Assembly: GCA_000165425.1 (NCBI GenBank)
Contig: CT868055.1
Location: 1-64,000, forward strand
DNA: 64,000 nt
Reading direction: 5' to 3'
Source of the DNA: Paramecium tetraurelia
Taxonomy: Eukaryota
Shown here: piece after piece, positions 13,709 to 25,767 of the stretch
Numbering within the stretch: position 1 is the first letter of the stretch
Layout of the letters: each line of letters begins with the position of its first letter
Made by a program: the position numbers and the translations under genes
Notes under the pieces: generated by a model
Told to the model about the DNA's origin: nothing
Databases searched by the model: none
What the model saw: the letters and a program-made list of their open reading frames with translations, nothing else

Positions 13709-13780
13709 TATTAAATAAATTAAATGCGCCTGCTCTGTATTCATTTTTAATATCAATTATTTTGTAATCTTTATTTATTT

Positions 13781-14358
13781 TCAAAATTGTAATTGTTTTT
13801 ATAAATGCTGGACTTGGTTATCAATATCTTTCTCAAAGTGTTTTAGAGATTACTCAATATATTAATTTTCTGCCACAATTCTGCTATATTCACTTTAGAA
13901 TTACTAATTCAATTGTTTCAGATTGTCTATTTACTCTATTTTGTCTATATATTTACAGTTTGATAATTTTCAAGAGCAGCATCTTAATCTTATGATTTCT
14001 TGGTCGCATCTCTTTGAGATTTGTATAATTCTAACAAAGGAATTCCTAGAACACATGAATACACAAATATATCTGCAAATAAATCAGAACCTACATTTAT
14101 TCAAATATTACCTTTAGTTAAGGCTGCTTCATCAGTCAAAGGTTTAAAAAACATTTCTTAACTTTTTATTCCAATAGATTTTCGATTTAAAAAAGTCTCA
14201 AAATTATGGTATTTGTTTCCTAGGAACACAAAGCTAGTTTTTATAAGACTTGGCTTTCTTGATCTATGCTTATTCAATGCGTATCTCTTAATTTAATTCG
14301 ACAAAGGTCTTGAGAATGTACGAATCAATAAAGAAGCTAATTTTTATATTGGAATCAT
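13781..14358 (-). CDS. OPA3: OPA3-like protein
   Basis: MIPIQKLASLLIRTFSRPLSNQIK..PLTDEAALTKGSDLFADIFVY..LLELYKS followed by a coiled coil. The 3' splice and end are approximate. Confidence 0.8.
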
Positions 14359-14517
14359 TTAGTATTTTTAATAACATAATTTTCATAAATAAATTTTAAA
14401 TCATATTATAATATATCATTATTCAAAAGAGAAAAAACTATTCATATACAAATATGAGTTATCAATACTTATTTCTTAACTTTAATTGTAGTAATTATAA
14501 TATTATTTAATAGGGAA

Positions 14518-14525
14518 TATAAATA
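14518..14525 (+). promoter_or_regulatory. TATA-like element at -28 of 5S (also 16517-16524 and 1415-1422 on minus)
   Basis: TATAAATAAGGAATTGTATTGTAATAAT is identical upstream of all three 5S copies. Copy 1 homology ends exactly at TATA. Confidence 0.75.
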
Positions 14526-14545
14526 AGGAATTGTATTGTAATAAT

Positions 14546-14666
14546 GGTTGTCGGCCATACTAAGTCTAAAGCACCGGATCCCATTCGAACTCCGAAGTTA
14601 AGCGACTTAAGGCGAGGTTAGTACTAACGTGGGGGACCGCTTGGGAAGTCCTCGTGTTGACAACCC
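14546..14666 (+). rRNA. 5S rRNA gene, copy 2
   Basis: Same 5S sequence, followed by a T7 terminator at 14667-14673. Confidence 0.97.
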
Positions 14667-14847
14667 TTTTTTTATTATTATTTTGCTTATTTTAATTAAA
14701 TTATCTTTAAACATCATTAAACTGCATTATTTACAATTTGCTTTTATCAATGTGTAAAACTGAATATCATCCATTTTTTAAAATTATCTTTCTTAAATAA
14801 GCTCATTTAAACATTGTTTAATTAGTGTATAAATTTATTATTTTATT

Positions 14848-16194
14848 ATGTTGATTATTACATTTCTGATATTCTCAATAGGGCTGGCAACAATAAAATA
14901 TGATAGTAACTATTATAATTAATGGAATTATAATGTTTAATCTGAATTTGTTTGTTGGGGAGGAGCCAGATTTGACGCAACAATAACATTCGCAGACACG
15001 TTTGCAAATATTCCCCAAGTTTTTATCACCCATGAGTTGATAGATATGGATTATAGATAGTTTATTACTTCTGGTTTCAATCTTAGCATTACAGACATTA
15101 CATTAACAAGTAAGTGTAAAATTTTTAATTATAGACTTTGTTATGCATTTGTACTGTGAATATGAGAGAGGATATAGATTCAAAATAAGGTGGTTTGCGG
15201 TTGATGATCAAAGAATATAAGTTATCAGTTAGTTTAATTTGATTCCGCTTAAGAACCTAAGTTATTATTATGCAAACGTAAATTGTGATACTTATTTCAT
15301 TACAATTACAAGTTTTAGTTAGATAGGGCCTACAGATGTTTAATTATCCGTAAAATTTAATTTTATAATAGGTTATTTTCACACCTCCTAATATAGTTTC
15401 CATACTTTCCCCCTATTCTCCTGGAAAATCAGAAAATTTAATCTCTCTTGGATTTTAAATTATTTTAGGAATTGATGAAGCCTTCATTTAATCTAACACG
15501 ATTTTAGCGCTTTCAAATTATGATTCTAATATATACGATCCTAATCAAGCAGATCGAGTAGAGTTTTATCCATTTTCCGGAATGGCATATGTCAATGATC
15601 ATTTGTTGTAATGGGTAGTAGTTATAGATAACAATGGTGTTGGTACAAAATATTAGATAAAAGATTGTAAAATTAAATCAATATCAATTTATAGGGGGGG
15701 CAGGATATACTACAAATTACCATAGAAAAGTTCGAATGCTGAAATCTTTTACAAAAGTCTTTTCGCCTATTCTCTGCAATTTTATAAGATTTTCTTCGAA
15801 ACTTGAATATAGAGGTTTACCTAGGCCTATGTTTTCAGTTGAATTTACTGGTGATTAAGTTATTTTTACAGGAAATGGATATCATACAATAAAAAAGTCG
15901 ATTTCTAACATAGAATTAAAAATTAACTGCAATTGTATCACTGGTAAAAAGATTAAAAGTAAATTGTTTAAATGTCAGAATTGTCCTGTAAATTAAAATA
16001 ATTATTAATTTGAACACTCTTGTTATGGAGCCATTAATTTATTATTTATTAATGCTCGATTTATAACTTAAACTACAGCCATTTAAGAATTATAAATTGA
16101 TATTACAGCTACAAGTTGTAAAATTACTTAATTAATCTACCATTAACAAAAATAAACCTATGTAATTGTTGATATATAAATCATTGATAGTTGA
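14848..16194 (+). CDS. Secreted H-type lectin domain protein, copy B (complete)
   Basis: MLIITFLIFSIGLA..ATITFADTFANIPQVFITHELIDMD..GFNLSITDITLT..RFKIRWFAV. Tiny introns. Ends ..IVDIQIIDS*. Confidence 0.82.
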
Positions 16195-16483
16195 ATAAAA
16201 ATATATGATTTAAATTAGGAATAACAATAATTTTTAATTTATACTGCATCATTGTTGTGCCTTTTTTACCTTCAAATAATTATAACATACAATTATTCTT
16301 AAATCTATAATATTCAAAATTTATTATGATCATATGAGCACATCATTGTTTTACAAAAATAACACTTAAAACAACATATTATGTTGGAATGTTCATTTTA
16401 TTTTATTTGAGAGTTTATCAATAATTCAGAATTAAATTGGTTTTTTTCTAGAAAACCAAATTCTTAAAATCTCCTATATTTTT

Positions 16484-16677
16484 ATTGTAGTAATTATAAT
16501 ATTATTTAATAGGGAATATAAATAAGGAATTGTATTGTAATAATGGTTGTCGGCCATACTAAGTCTAAAGCACCGGATCCCATTCGAACTCCGAAGTTAA
16601 GCGACTTAAGGCTAGGTTAGTACTAACGTGGGGGACCGCTTGGGAAGTCCTCGTGTTGACAACCCTTTTTTATTATT
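16484..16677 (+). repeat. Direct repeat of 14485-14679 (5S gene plus ~60-nt 5' flank), 1999-nt offset
   Basis: ATTGTAGTAATTATAATATTATTTAATAGGGAATATAAATAAGG... is identical in both. Homology ends 6 nt after the terminator. Confidence 0.95.
16545..16665 (+). rRNA. 5S rRNA gene, copy 3
   Basis: Same 5S sequence with a T6 terminator. Confidence 0.97.
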
Positions 16678-16805
16678 GCTCTAATAAATGGGATAATCAT
16701 ATTATTCAAAATTTTTAATATAAATTTATATTCAAATTATAAATTTAATAGTTTCATTAAATATTTGATAATAAAATATTAACCAAAATTTATTTTAAAA
16801 ATTAA

Positions 16806-17849
16806 TCAATAATTTAATTTCAATAATAAATAATCATTTTGATAAATGGAGAACCTATTACTATTCTGTTTGATCATCTATTCCAAGTATTCATTTCTTG
16901 GCAGATCTCTAATCCTCATCAAAATATCATAGTCATCAAGTTAAGAGAGAAGATCATACTCATAATCATCGATGTCATTCGAATTCTATAAAGAAAATCT
17001 TGAATAATTCATTATTATGTCATCAGCTAATTTTTATTCATCAGTGCGACCATCATACGGCAAGCAGTGTTGTAAGACACATTAGATATCTTCTTAATCA
17101 TGTACGAAATTATTTTCATAATCTTTGATTTTAGTGAAAATACAAATTTAGGAGGCATAACCATTCGTAAGGTCTCCAGATTTGTGTTGACCCACTCCCT
17201 CATAGATTGTTGAATAACGATATTTTGAAGCAAGAGCAGATGTCCATTCTAAAAATTCCTATTATGAAAACTCGAATTTGTGATCTGGGTGCCTCAAGAC
17301 AAACTTGGGGTTAAGCTATTTAAAATAGACATTGAAGTCAGAATTTGGAGTTGTAATGATAATTCTTTGAGGATTCAAATATCCAAATACATTTTCACAT
17401 AAGTCATCCAGTTATTCTAATTGCAAATGTTCTACCACCTCTATAAGTGTGATTAACTATATTTCGTATAATGAACAATACTTCAAAATTCATCTATTTG
17501 AGTTGTTTGTATTTCTTTAGAGCATTTCCATGGAACAATTTAATCCAACATTCTGATTTTCTATTTGATCTTAGACAGTCTTAGATCTGATCGTATACTA
17601 TGTTATCACTTCGATTAAAATGAAATTTTACCAAGCTTCTTTGAGAACTTCGAGATCTATGTCCAATCCAGCGATGAAATTGAAATCTAAGGAATGAGCT
17701 AATCTTTAAATAAATTTGCCATCATTGCATCCGATATCTAATGTTCTTTCCTTCTCTATATATTTATCCAGTTGTTGATGCCTTCTTTCCCATAGTCTCA
17801 TCCCCATATTGTCATAAAAAATATCATTTTCATAAGCTTTAATTTCCAT
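16806..17849 (-). CDS. HEN1: Small RNA 2'-O-methyltransferase Hen1
   Basis: LDIGCNDG (SAM binding), GLDID, IEVVEH, ITTPNSDFN, LRHPDHKFEF..EF..W, YEGVG: the Hen1 signature motifs in order. Confidence 0.93.
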
Positions 17850-18034
17850 TACTCCACTATTTAGTTAAGTTTATTTTAATAATAATTCCTGTAATTTATT
17901 ATCTGAACTATTAATGAGAAAAACCAAATCTCATTAGATTGAAATCCAATTTATCATTGTAATAATAAGGAGTAAAACAAGAATAAACAATGTTCTTTTA
18001 TTAGTAATGAACTGCTAACACACATAATTAAATA

Positions 18035-19035
18035 TCAATCAAATAAATCAAACGGGATAAATAATCCATAATAGGCAGCCAAAGTTCCACTCAGTACTTA
18101 ATCCTTATTTAAATTAAACTAATTATTGATTAAAGATAGATACTCTTCCAGATTGAATTTATTTCAAGACATTCATCAATAACAATGTGTATGGCATCAA
18201 GACTATTAAACTAAGTATCATTGGAACAAAAATGATAGCAAAAGGCAAGACACATAGGAACTCACAAAATAAGACCTCTATAAAATTTAACGTGAAAATT
18301 ACTTTAAAATCTGAATTCCTTGTTTTCTATTAGGATATATATTAACAAAATAATGGTAACTATGAAATTAGCGAATAATGGGATCACTATGAATATGCCA
18401 ACGATAAAAGAACCTAAATTTATTTGTATTATTAAAATACTTGGCAAATCGCTATTAGGACCTGAAGAAGAGGCTCTTAAGATAAAAAAGAAAATTAAGG
18501 TATATGCAAAGATAGATCCAAAGTAAAATAGAAGTGCTAATCCTGACTAATTAATGTATTATGATTTATTTACTTATCTAAATCTTTCCATTGATCCCAA
18601 TTTTACTAAAACAATCAATAAAATAACACTTGCAGAAATGCAATAAGGATATGAACTTCGGTGTTCATAAAATAATTTTGAAAACGACACTTACATCACA
18701 AATAAGAATAAGACAAATAAGAAGGTCCATAATGTGAACATTCCCAAAATGCTGCTTAAAAAGAACTTTTAAGTTAAGAAATCTTAGTCTTTCAATAATT
18801 TGGAGTAGACCGGTTGAAGTGGCTAATCGAGGTTGTAATAATTTGGTTGATTATTATTGATTTATTATGAATATGGGAGTATGACTTATTGATACTGTTG
18901 AAAATTAGGATTCTGTTGTGGCAAAACTGGTATGTATTTAATGTCTTCTTGGGTATTCTAGAATAATTAGGGCTGTGCATGGTCCCTCTATTCAGGAGAT
19001 TGAATATCAAATTATGGATATTTAACTTATTACAT
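18035..19035 (-). CDS. Multi-pass membrane protein, possibly Bax-inhibitor-1/lifeguard-like
   Basis: Q/P/Y-rich N-terminus, about 7 hydrophobic segments, ends FNLNKDQVLSGTLAAYYGLF. Family call is tentative. Confidence 0.55.
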
Positions 19036-19060
19036 AAATTTATAATGAAACAATAACAAT

Positions 19061-20455
19061 TCAAGTATAATAATAATTTTTGATCGCTGTTAACACAATG
19101 CAGAATGCTTTCTATACAGCTTTCTTATTATTATTTTATACTAGTGATATATAATAAAATCATGCTTTGCCTTAAGTGAAAATTTTGACAAATTCTTCAA
19201 AGCTAAATCTCAGCATCTTAGTCTCTTTAATAAATAAGAAAGCGTCATAGCCGCATGATTATCCCTCCATCAATAGATATGGATAAGCCAAGAGTAAGTT
19301 AGCTTTGGATATCAACAGTTTGTTTGGTTGAGGTTCTCGATTCAGTAAACATTTAAAGATTGTTAAGAAATTAATAGTTTATCTCCTGGTTATTTTGTAA
19401 TCCATTTGAATTTTGTCAATATTTACATTCTTCATAAAATATCTACCCTTAAAATTCGTTTTTAATTGAAAAGGACTACTAACTGAGGATATTTCTATGC
19501 TTCGAGATGAGGGTATGAACAAATTGGAGCATTCAACTTGCTCTTAGATTTATTATTGCAAATCCTCAGGATTGGTGATATTTTCCTATAAGATTTATTT
19601 TTCAATGGATTGTCTTGTCCTCGTTTTGATGTTTAATCTAATTAATTTATTTTATTTTTAGGAATAGTTAGATTTGCCATTCATCTCCTTATTCAATTGT
19701 TCAAAGATCTGCACTTTGGTTTTCTGCTTTTCAGTGTCCAACATAGCAAAGGCTGTATCGATCTCATGATCATCCAGATCAATTTTGGGTTGTACATTTT
19801 GTATGTATGGTAGTTTGTTAATATTCATGGTAAAGTATTATTTTATTGTGCTTTTGTTATTAAAAAAGAAGTCAAAGATTTGAGAGGAGTTTTAGAATTA
19901 TGAGATATCTTGATATAGTGAGTCGAGTAAGTTCATTTGAAAGGAACCATTAAATTAATTGTAATGAGCAATCATTTTCCAGAAATCAAAACTGTTATTT
20001 ATATAAAATACTTTCTAATTTGGCAAGTGAAAATTTTTAATCTGAGTGCCATCTAGAGTCCAAATTTTTGGAGTGGATTTTAAATTCAAAAGGGTTTTAA
20101 GATGCATGGATTGTTCAATAAAATCTGAAATGAGCTCATTTTCATTGTCAATTTTTGAATACAGTGGAATGTAATACTTAAATACTTTGAAATTGTTAAT
20201 AATGAAAACTTCTTAAAAACCTTGTTTCTTGTTAATTCCTTTATCAATTATTTTGTGTCTCACATATTTGATCAATCTCTCTGATTTCCATTGATCCTAG
20301 TAGGATAATTTATGGAAATAATTTGATTTATTGGATTCTGTTACTTGTCTTCTTGGGGTATGAAAAACGGTGGGGGAATTGGCAATGTTGTTTTACTCAA
20401 CTTGGAAGGATGTAGCAATTTTCAAACGAGGAACGCTGTTAAATCTTTTATTCAT
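19061..20455 (-). CDS. Hypothetical protein (~460 aa)
   Basis: Long open frame under code 6 starting MNKDLNSVPRLKI. No family recognised. Confidence 0.6.
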
Positions 20456-20645
20456 TTATTAAATAATTAATATATTATTTTAAGTGCATATGATAATTAG
20501 AAACCTAAGGGGTTGTTGTTATTAAATGCATAGAATTGTTGTAAAAATAATTTATCGACCAATTATGATCAACATCCATTAATTATTTATAAATTAGAGA
20601 ATAATAATATTAATATCATTATAATATCATATAGATCATATTTAA

Positions 20646-21109
20646 TCAATTATTATGTTATTCTTGCTAAAGAATAGATTTTCTTTTAGAATTTTCCTCA
20701 ACGATTTATTTGACCTGACTCTTCTTTCTCATTTAATCTCGTTTAACAAACTCATCTACTTTACGAAATTATACCCAAGCCTTGCCTTCCATCAGATTGT
20801 CCAACTACATCTTTAAATGATTGAGTGTACCTCTTCAAAAATCTCTTTGTCCGAATATCCACTCTTCTTGACTATTTCCCAGAAGGCCATCCACTCATCC
20901 TCAGTAATCTGGCCACTTTTATCAAAATCAACTGCATTAAACAATGCTTGAGTATTCACTTTGGCAAAATTGGTTTTCCAAAACTTTTGAGTTTCATCCT
21001 TGTCAATAGAACCAGAATTATTGACATCAATTTTCTTGAAAATCTCTAATGCCTTTTATCTTAATTGAGGCGACAAACCTTAAGATTGTTTTTGAGCTCC
21101 ACAACCCAT
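20646..21109 (-). CDS. Small N-acylated EF-hand protein
   Basis: MGCG start, two EF loops DVNNSGSIDKDE and DFDKSGQITEDE, one intron. Confidence 0.88.
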
Positions 21110-21128
21110 TATAATAATTAATTAAGTA

Positions 21129-22321
21129 ATGGAATTCTTTGTAATTCTTACCCTCCTGTTCTTGGTGATAGGTGCCTCCTTGTACTTGTTAGTCTGCGTA
21201 GATCCCAACTCCCCAGGATTGCTGGGGATGATGAACAGATTCGTATTCAACACCATCCCAGCGATATTCAAGTAAATTCAAGAGTATTACCTAGGAAAAT
21301 ATTGGGAGAACGCATCTTCAAAGTATTTTCAAGAGGAATAGATTATTTCTTCTATTCAAACCATCCCCTAGTTTAAATATTCTATGTATTGGTCGCAGTG
21401 GGAGGCTATTTGGTTTATCTGTACTTTGGATTTCTTGAATTATTCAATAACAACCCTTTAGTATCCCACCTCGACACAGCAATCGGATCAACAATGGCAC
21501 TCTTTTGTTTCTACTCCTTCTTTCAAGCATGTCGATACAAACCAGGAATAATAAATAAGGAGAACAACAAAGAGTATGTCAATTAATACAAGGAGTACTA
21601 TGACAATGTGGTGTATTTGAAAGAGAATCATTGCAAAACGTGCAACATCATCAAACCAGCAAGAAGCAAACATTGCCGAGTGTGCAATGTGTGTGTTAGT
21701 CGCTTTGACCATCACTGTGTATGGATCAGATAATGTGTTGGGTAAAAGAATTACAAGTACTTTGTCAAATTCATCATCACCCATGCCATCCTCTGTGATT
21801 ATGGAGCTTATTTGGGTTTCCGTTGCTTATGGGGAATCATCATAAAAGAGAAACTCCTAGAAGCACAATTCAGGTAATTTATTGATGTTCAATGTAGAGA
21901 TCCTGTGACAAAGTAGAGATTGTAAGCCACTTGGGGAATCATAGCACAATATTTGTTCTACAAAAACACCATGTACATTTTCATTGTCATTCTGTGTATC
22001 GTAATGGGCATTGCATTGACATGCTTTGCTCTTTACCATCTCTATATGATTGGATAGGATACCACTACTAATGAAAGAATGAAGAGAAGTGATTTCTTGA
22101 ATTTCTTTGATGAAGAGACTGAACGTTTAGAAAAGCAACTTAAAGATGCACAAACTCCAGAGGATATTAAGTAGGCGACTACTAAATTGGAATAAGTCAA
22201 ACAATGTCAATAAAAGATCATCACAACCAAATCTATAGGAATTTGGAGGGGATTGAAAAGTGTGTTTAATGAACCAGATGATTTGGATTAGAACCCTAAA
22301 GTTAAAAATAAAAAAAGATGA
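21129..22321 (+). CDS. DHHC palmitoyltransferase
   Basis: [37 protein letters not shown] and a TTNE motif. Confidence 0.95.
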
Positions 22322-22934
22322 TGAATTAATAATGTGTGTGTTCTAAGCATTCAATTACATATTTTTTATTGATGTCCTTGAGTGTGGAGATTCAAAAATA
22401 TTTTTAATTTAGTCTTTTAGTAATCTTAATTGAAAATGAAAATAGTTGAGAATCTCTCATTAATTTTAATGAAGTTTTCATCTATAGAGTTTATAGTCAG
22501 CAAATTTGTTCACACTTTTAATATCAAATCTAATTATGCAATGTAATTTATTCTAATTAATTATTTCATTTTTAAATAAATATAATAATATTAAACATAA
22601 AATACAATGCTGCTCTAGCCTATAAAAATAAATTAATGTAGTCAACATCTTGATTATTGAATTAATTATAATAAATTATTTTTAATAATAAAATGATTCT
22701 ACTACCATGATAGTATTGGAGACCATATTATACGTACCTTAATTATCATGAATAATGAAATTGATTGCATTGTAATATTAATAAGTGATGAAAGAGTGAC
22801 CATTTTTATATGATCTTAAGACACTGTAATAAATTATTTGGTGTAAGATATTACTTTAATCTATAAGAGTTAAATATATTATAATTTAATTACATTAATT
22901 ATAGATTTTATTTTTATTAAATAATTATTTATTT

Positions 22935-23378
22935 ATGGGTTGTTCTATTCCATTTGTTTACAATACTTCAGTTGATACCAATTAATCGTTTTCATTTGAT
23001 GATCTCTTGGAAAGTGAAGTATCTTTAGATTAAATTCACGATGAAATCGCATTCTTAAGAATAAATGTGGAAAAATAAAAATAGATCTATCCTGAGGACT
23101 ATAGAACTGAAGTAACACCGTTGGCTAATTCCAATTACATTCAATTGATACCTATAAGTAAATCAGATACTAAATCTAAGAGGCCTTGTTTAAAACAATA
23201 ATTGACAACGCTACCGGCACCACTCACTTAAGATGTAAATCCTAAGAGAGTTCATTTTGTTGAAATTTAATCGAAACAAACAAATTAGTGCAGGGGAGGA
23301 AGGAAGAAAAGTAAGAACAAACGTTAGAGAAAGTCCGAAGAAATTCAGGAGCATATCAACTTAGATGACATATTTTGA
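22935..23378 (+). CDS. Small N-acylated protein with RVxF motif
   Basis: Intronless 147-codon frame MGCSIPF...KRPCLK...KRVHF...LDDIF*. Confidence 0.7.
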
Positions 23379-23425
23379 TCTTAATTGTCCCTATATTTAT
23401 TCTTAGTACATAAAATATATACATA

Positions 23426-25376
23426 TCATAACAATTAGTACAGTTTGTCAATTTGAACTTCGAATGAGTTGTCTTCATTGAGCAATGAGGGTAATACATG
23501 ATTTTTCTACTCTTGGTCTATCAAGTTGGTCACTGTCACAACTTGTATCCGTTCTTCATCAATTTTAAAGATTTCAACATATGAAACCTTTTTACCTAGG
23601 TTTTCTCAATTTTAATACATAATAATTCGTTTTTCTTTAAATATGTCAAGTATTCCTTCGAAGTATCTTTCACGAACTCCACTGTGAAAGACACTTTGCT
23701 CTCACTTTTTTCCTTGATGGAAAACTTACTAAAAAATACAAAAGTTTGGAATGAGGATTTAATGCTCCAAACAGAAGTCTCCAAGGCTATGAAATTGTTT
23801 TCGTCTATAGTCTCGAAGATTTCAAACTTCTTGAATGAATTTCTCCACTATTTCTATTCAGTAAATAGTTTGTAAACTTTCTCAATTGATGAGCATTTGA
23901 GGATGTAAGAGTTCTTGATGATCTATCCTTGTAAATGAAGTAGAGTGCAATTTCTATACTCTAAACCAAATAGATTGTATGATTACATTTGACGAGTTTC
24001 CATTCATAGTTTAGATTCAATATTTTGATCAAAAAATCTGAAGTGTTGTCATCTTCCAGTAGAATCATGTCTTTGGAAGAGAACTTCCTTATGGTTTCTT
24101 GTGTGGTGGCAGGAGTGATGTTTTCATCAGAGGAATCCAAAGTTTTGTTGCTTTCTAGAGTTTACTTTTGGGATTTGTAGGTTTAATAAATTGCTAATAC
24201 TTCGTCATCTTCAATTAGGAATTTGATGATTCGTTGATCCAATAAGGGGTTGCCTTCCAAATAGCGATAGAGCAAGAGCAGAGCATTCTTATAACACTTG
24301 TTTTATTGGTTATCTTTGATGTGATTTTGGAGTTTCATTTGTTTGATTTGTTTCATGTTCAATTCTGAGAAGGCTTTGAGGGTGACTTCGGCGACTTGGG
24401 TTAGTAAGAGATTTAATTACATGGATTGTACTCGAATTCCAGCAATTTACTTAAGAAAGAAAGTAGGCAATTACATTGTATATGAGAATCTGAATCACTC
24501 GATACCATTTGGGTCAATCCAAGGATGTCCTTGTCCTTGTCTCCAACAAATAAGTACTGTATGATGTTGTACGATAAATATTGGAGTTTGCCATACAAAT
24601 AGTTTTCGAGTTAGCTGGGTGTAATAGAATTAAATGGGGATACTGTATAATTTTGACTCTGTCTTCTTTGTGACTGTTGAGTTTGTGAAGGTAGCAGATC
24701 ACAGCCTTTTCAATGTCGTTGGTTGGCTGATGCTTCTACAGTTCTGGTTCGAGGAGAGAGTCCAAATTAAATTGATCGCTGCTGAGACCGTGCAATTTGA
24801 TATTGTCAAATCCCCTTCTCAAAAATTGTTGAAGGATTTCAATGAACTCCAAAAATTCGACAGGTTTCAATTGATCTAGGGAGGATAGTATGGTTTATAA
24901 AAATTCTTATAATTTAGTCCATAGTTTTACTTTGCAATGATTTTCTTCTTTCTTGGACCACCTCACTTTTATTGGATTTAAACAACTTTTTCTGGGGAAA
25001 CTCAAAAAATTCGAATTTAGGTTTTAACTAGAATAGCCGAATTAGATACTTATTCGTAGAGCTGAAGAAATTACTTGTACCTTCGTTGAATTTGGTAGTC
25101 GAAGTAGTCTGTGGTGATTTTGATCACGTAGTGGACTATGTGTTTTTTGTGGAGTGAGAAATTGTCCTTTTCTTTGGTGATGGAAACTATTTCGATGTTC
25201 TTAATGACCTGATGGGTAAAAATCAACTCATATACACTCTTTTCAATTTTATAATAATATTTTTTTACCTCATCCTGGAGTTGGCTAGTAACCGAATGAA
25301 CTCTCTTCAACGACAGGGGAGAAGCCTTCTACTAGGGATCTTGATCTTGAAACGAATATTGTCGTTTGGGAAGCAT
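23426..25376 (-). CDS. PX-domain protein
   Basis: HIVHYVIKI..IQRRYKQFLQLY..FP.KK..ERRKSLQ matches the PX pattern, followed by a long helical C-terminus. Confidence 0.75.
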
Positions 25377-25494
25377 GCCAATTAGTTTAGAATTACAATT
25401 AATATCTAAAAATACTCAATCTGATTGGTATTATATATACTGCTATTAATTGAATAAATAATATGCAATTTAATAATGTGCATATTATTATAAA

Positions 25495-25590
25495 AATAGC
25501 CGTTCAACTTGGCTTCCGATCTGTCTTAACCGACCCAATTACTCACCTTCAACAGCCCATCGTCGTTGAAATCAGGTTCTACGAATAAAT
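25495..25590 (-). ncRNA. Candidate structured ncRNA, unidentified
   Basis: An 87-nt island at ~48% GC (hand count) in a very AT-rich spacer, with two hairpins and a T-run at the minus-strand 3' end. Confidence 0.35.
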
Positions 25591-25767
25591 GTACGAATAA
25601 ATTTAATTCCAATTTGTATGCAATTGCAATTCAATATATTTTAATAATAATATTGATGTTTTTTGCCTTGAAAGATTTACATAAATGTTTTAAGAGTAAT
25701 TCGTCATTTAGTACTATTTAAAACATATATCAATCATCAAATTTTTGTAATATTTTAAAAAAAAAAA

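Noticed and set aside
2077..17849. HP1-like and HEN1 genes both next to 5S copies as a silencing cluster
   Set aside because: Many unrelated genes intervene and there is no evidence beyond proximity.
25520..25562. Selenoprotein-like ATG GGC TGT TGA, or an LSU rRNA fragment, in the GC island
   Set aside because: No supporting ORF or SECIS, and the rRNA similarity is not collinear.
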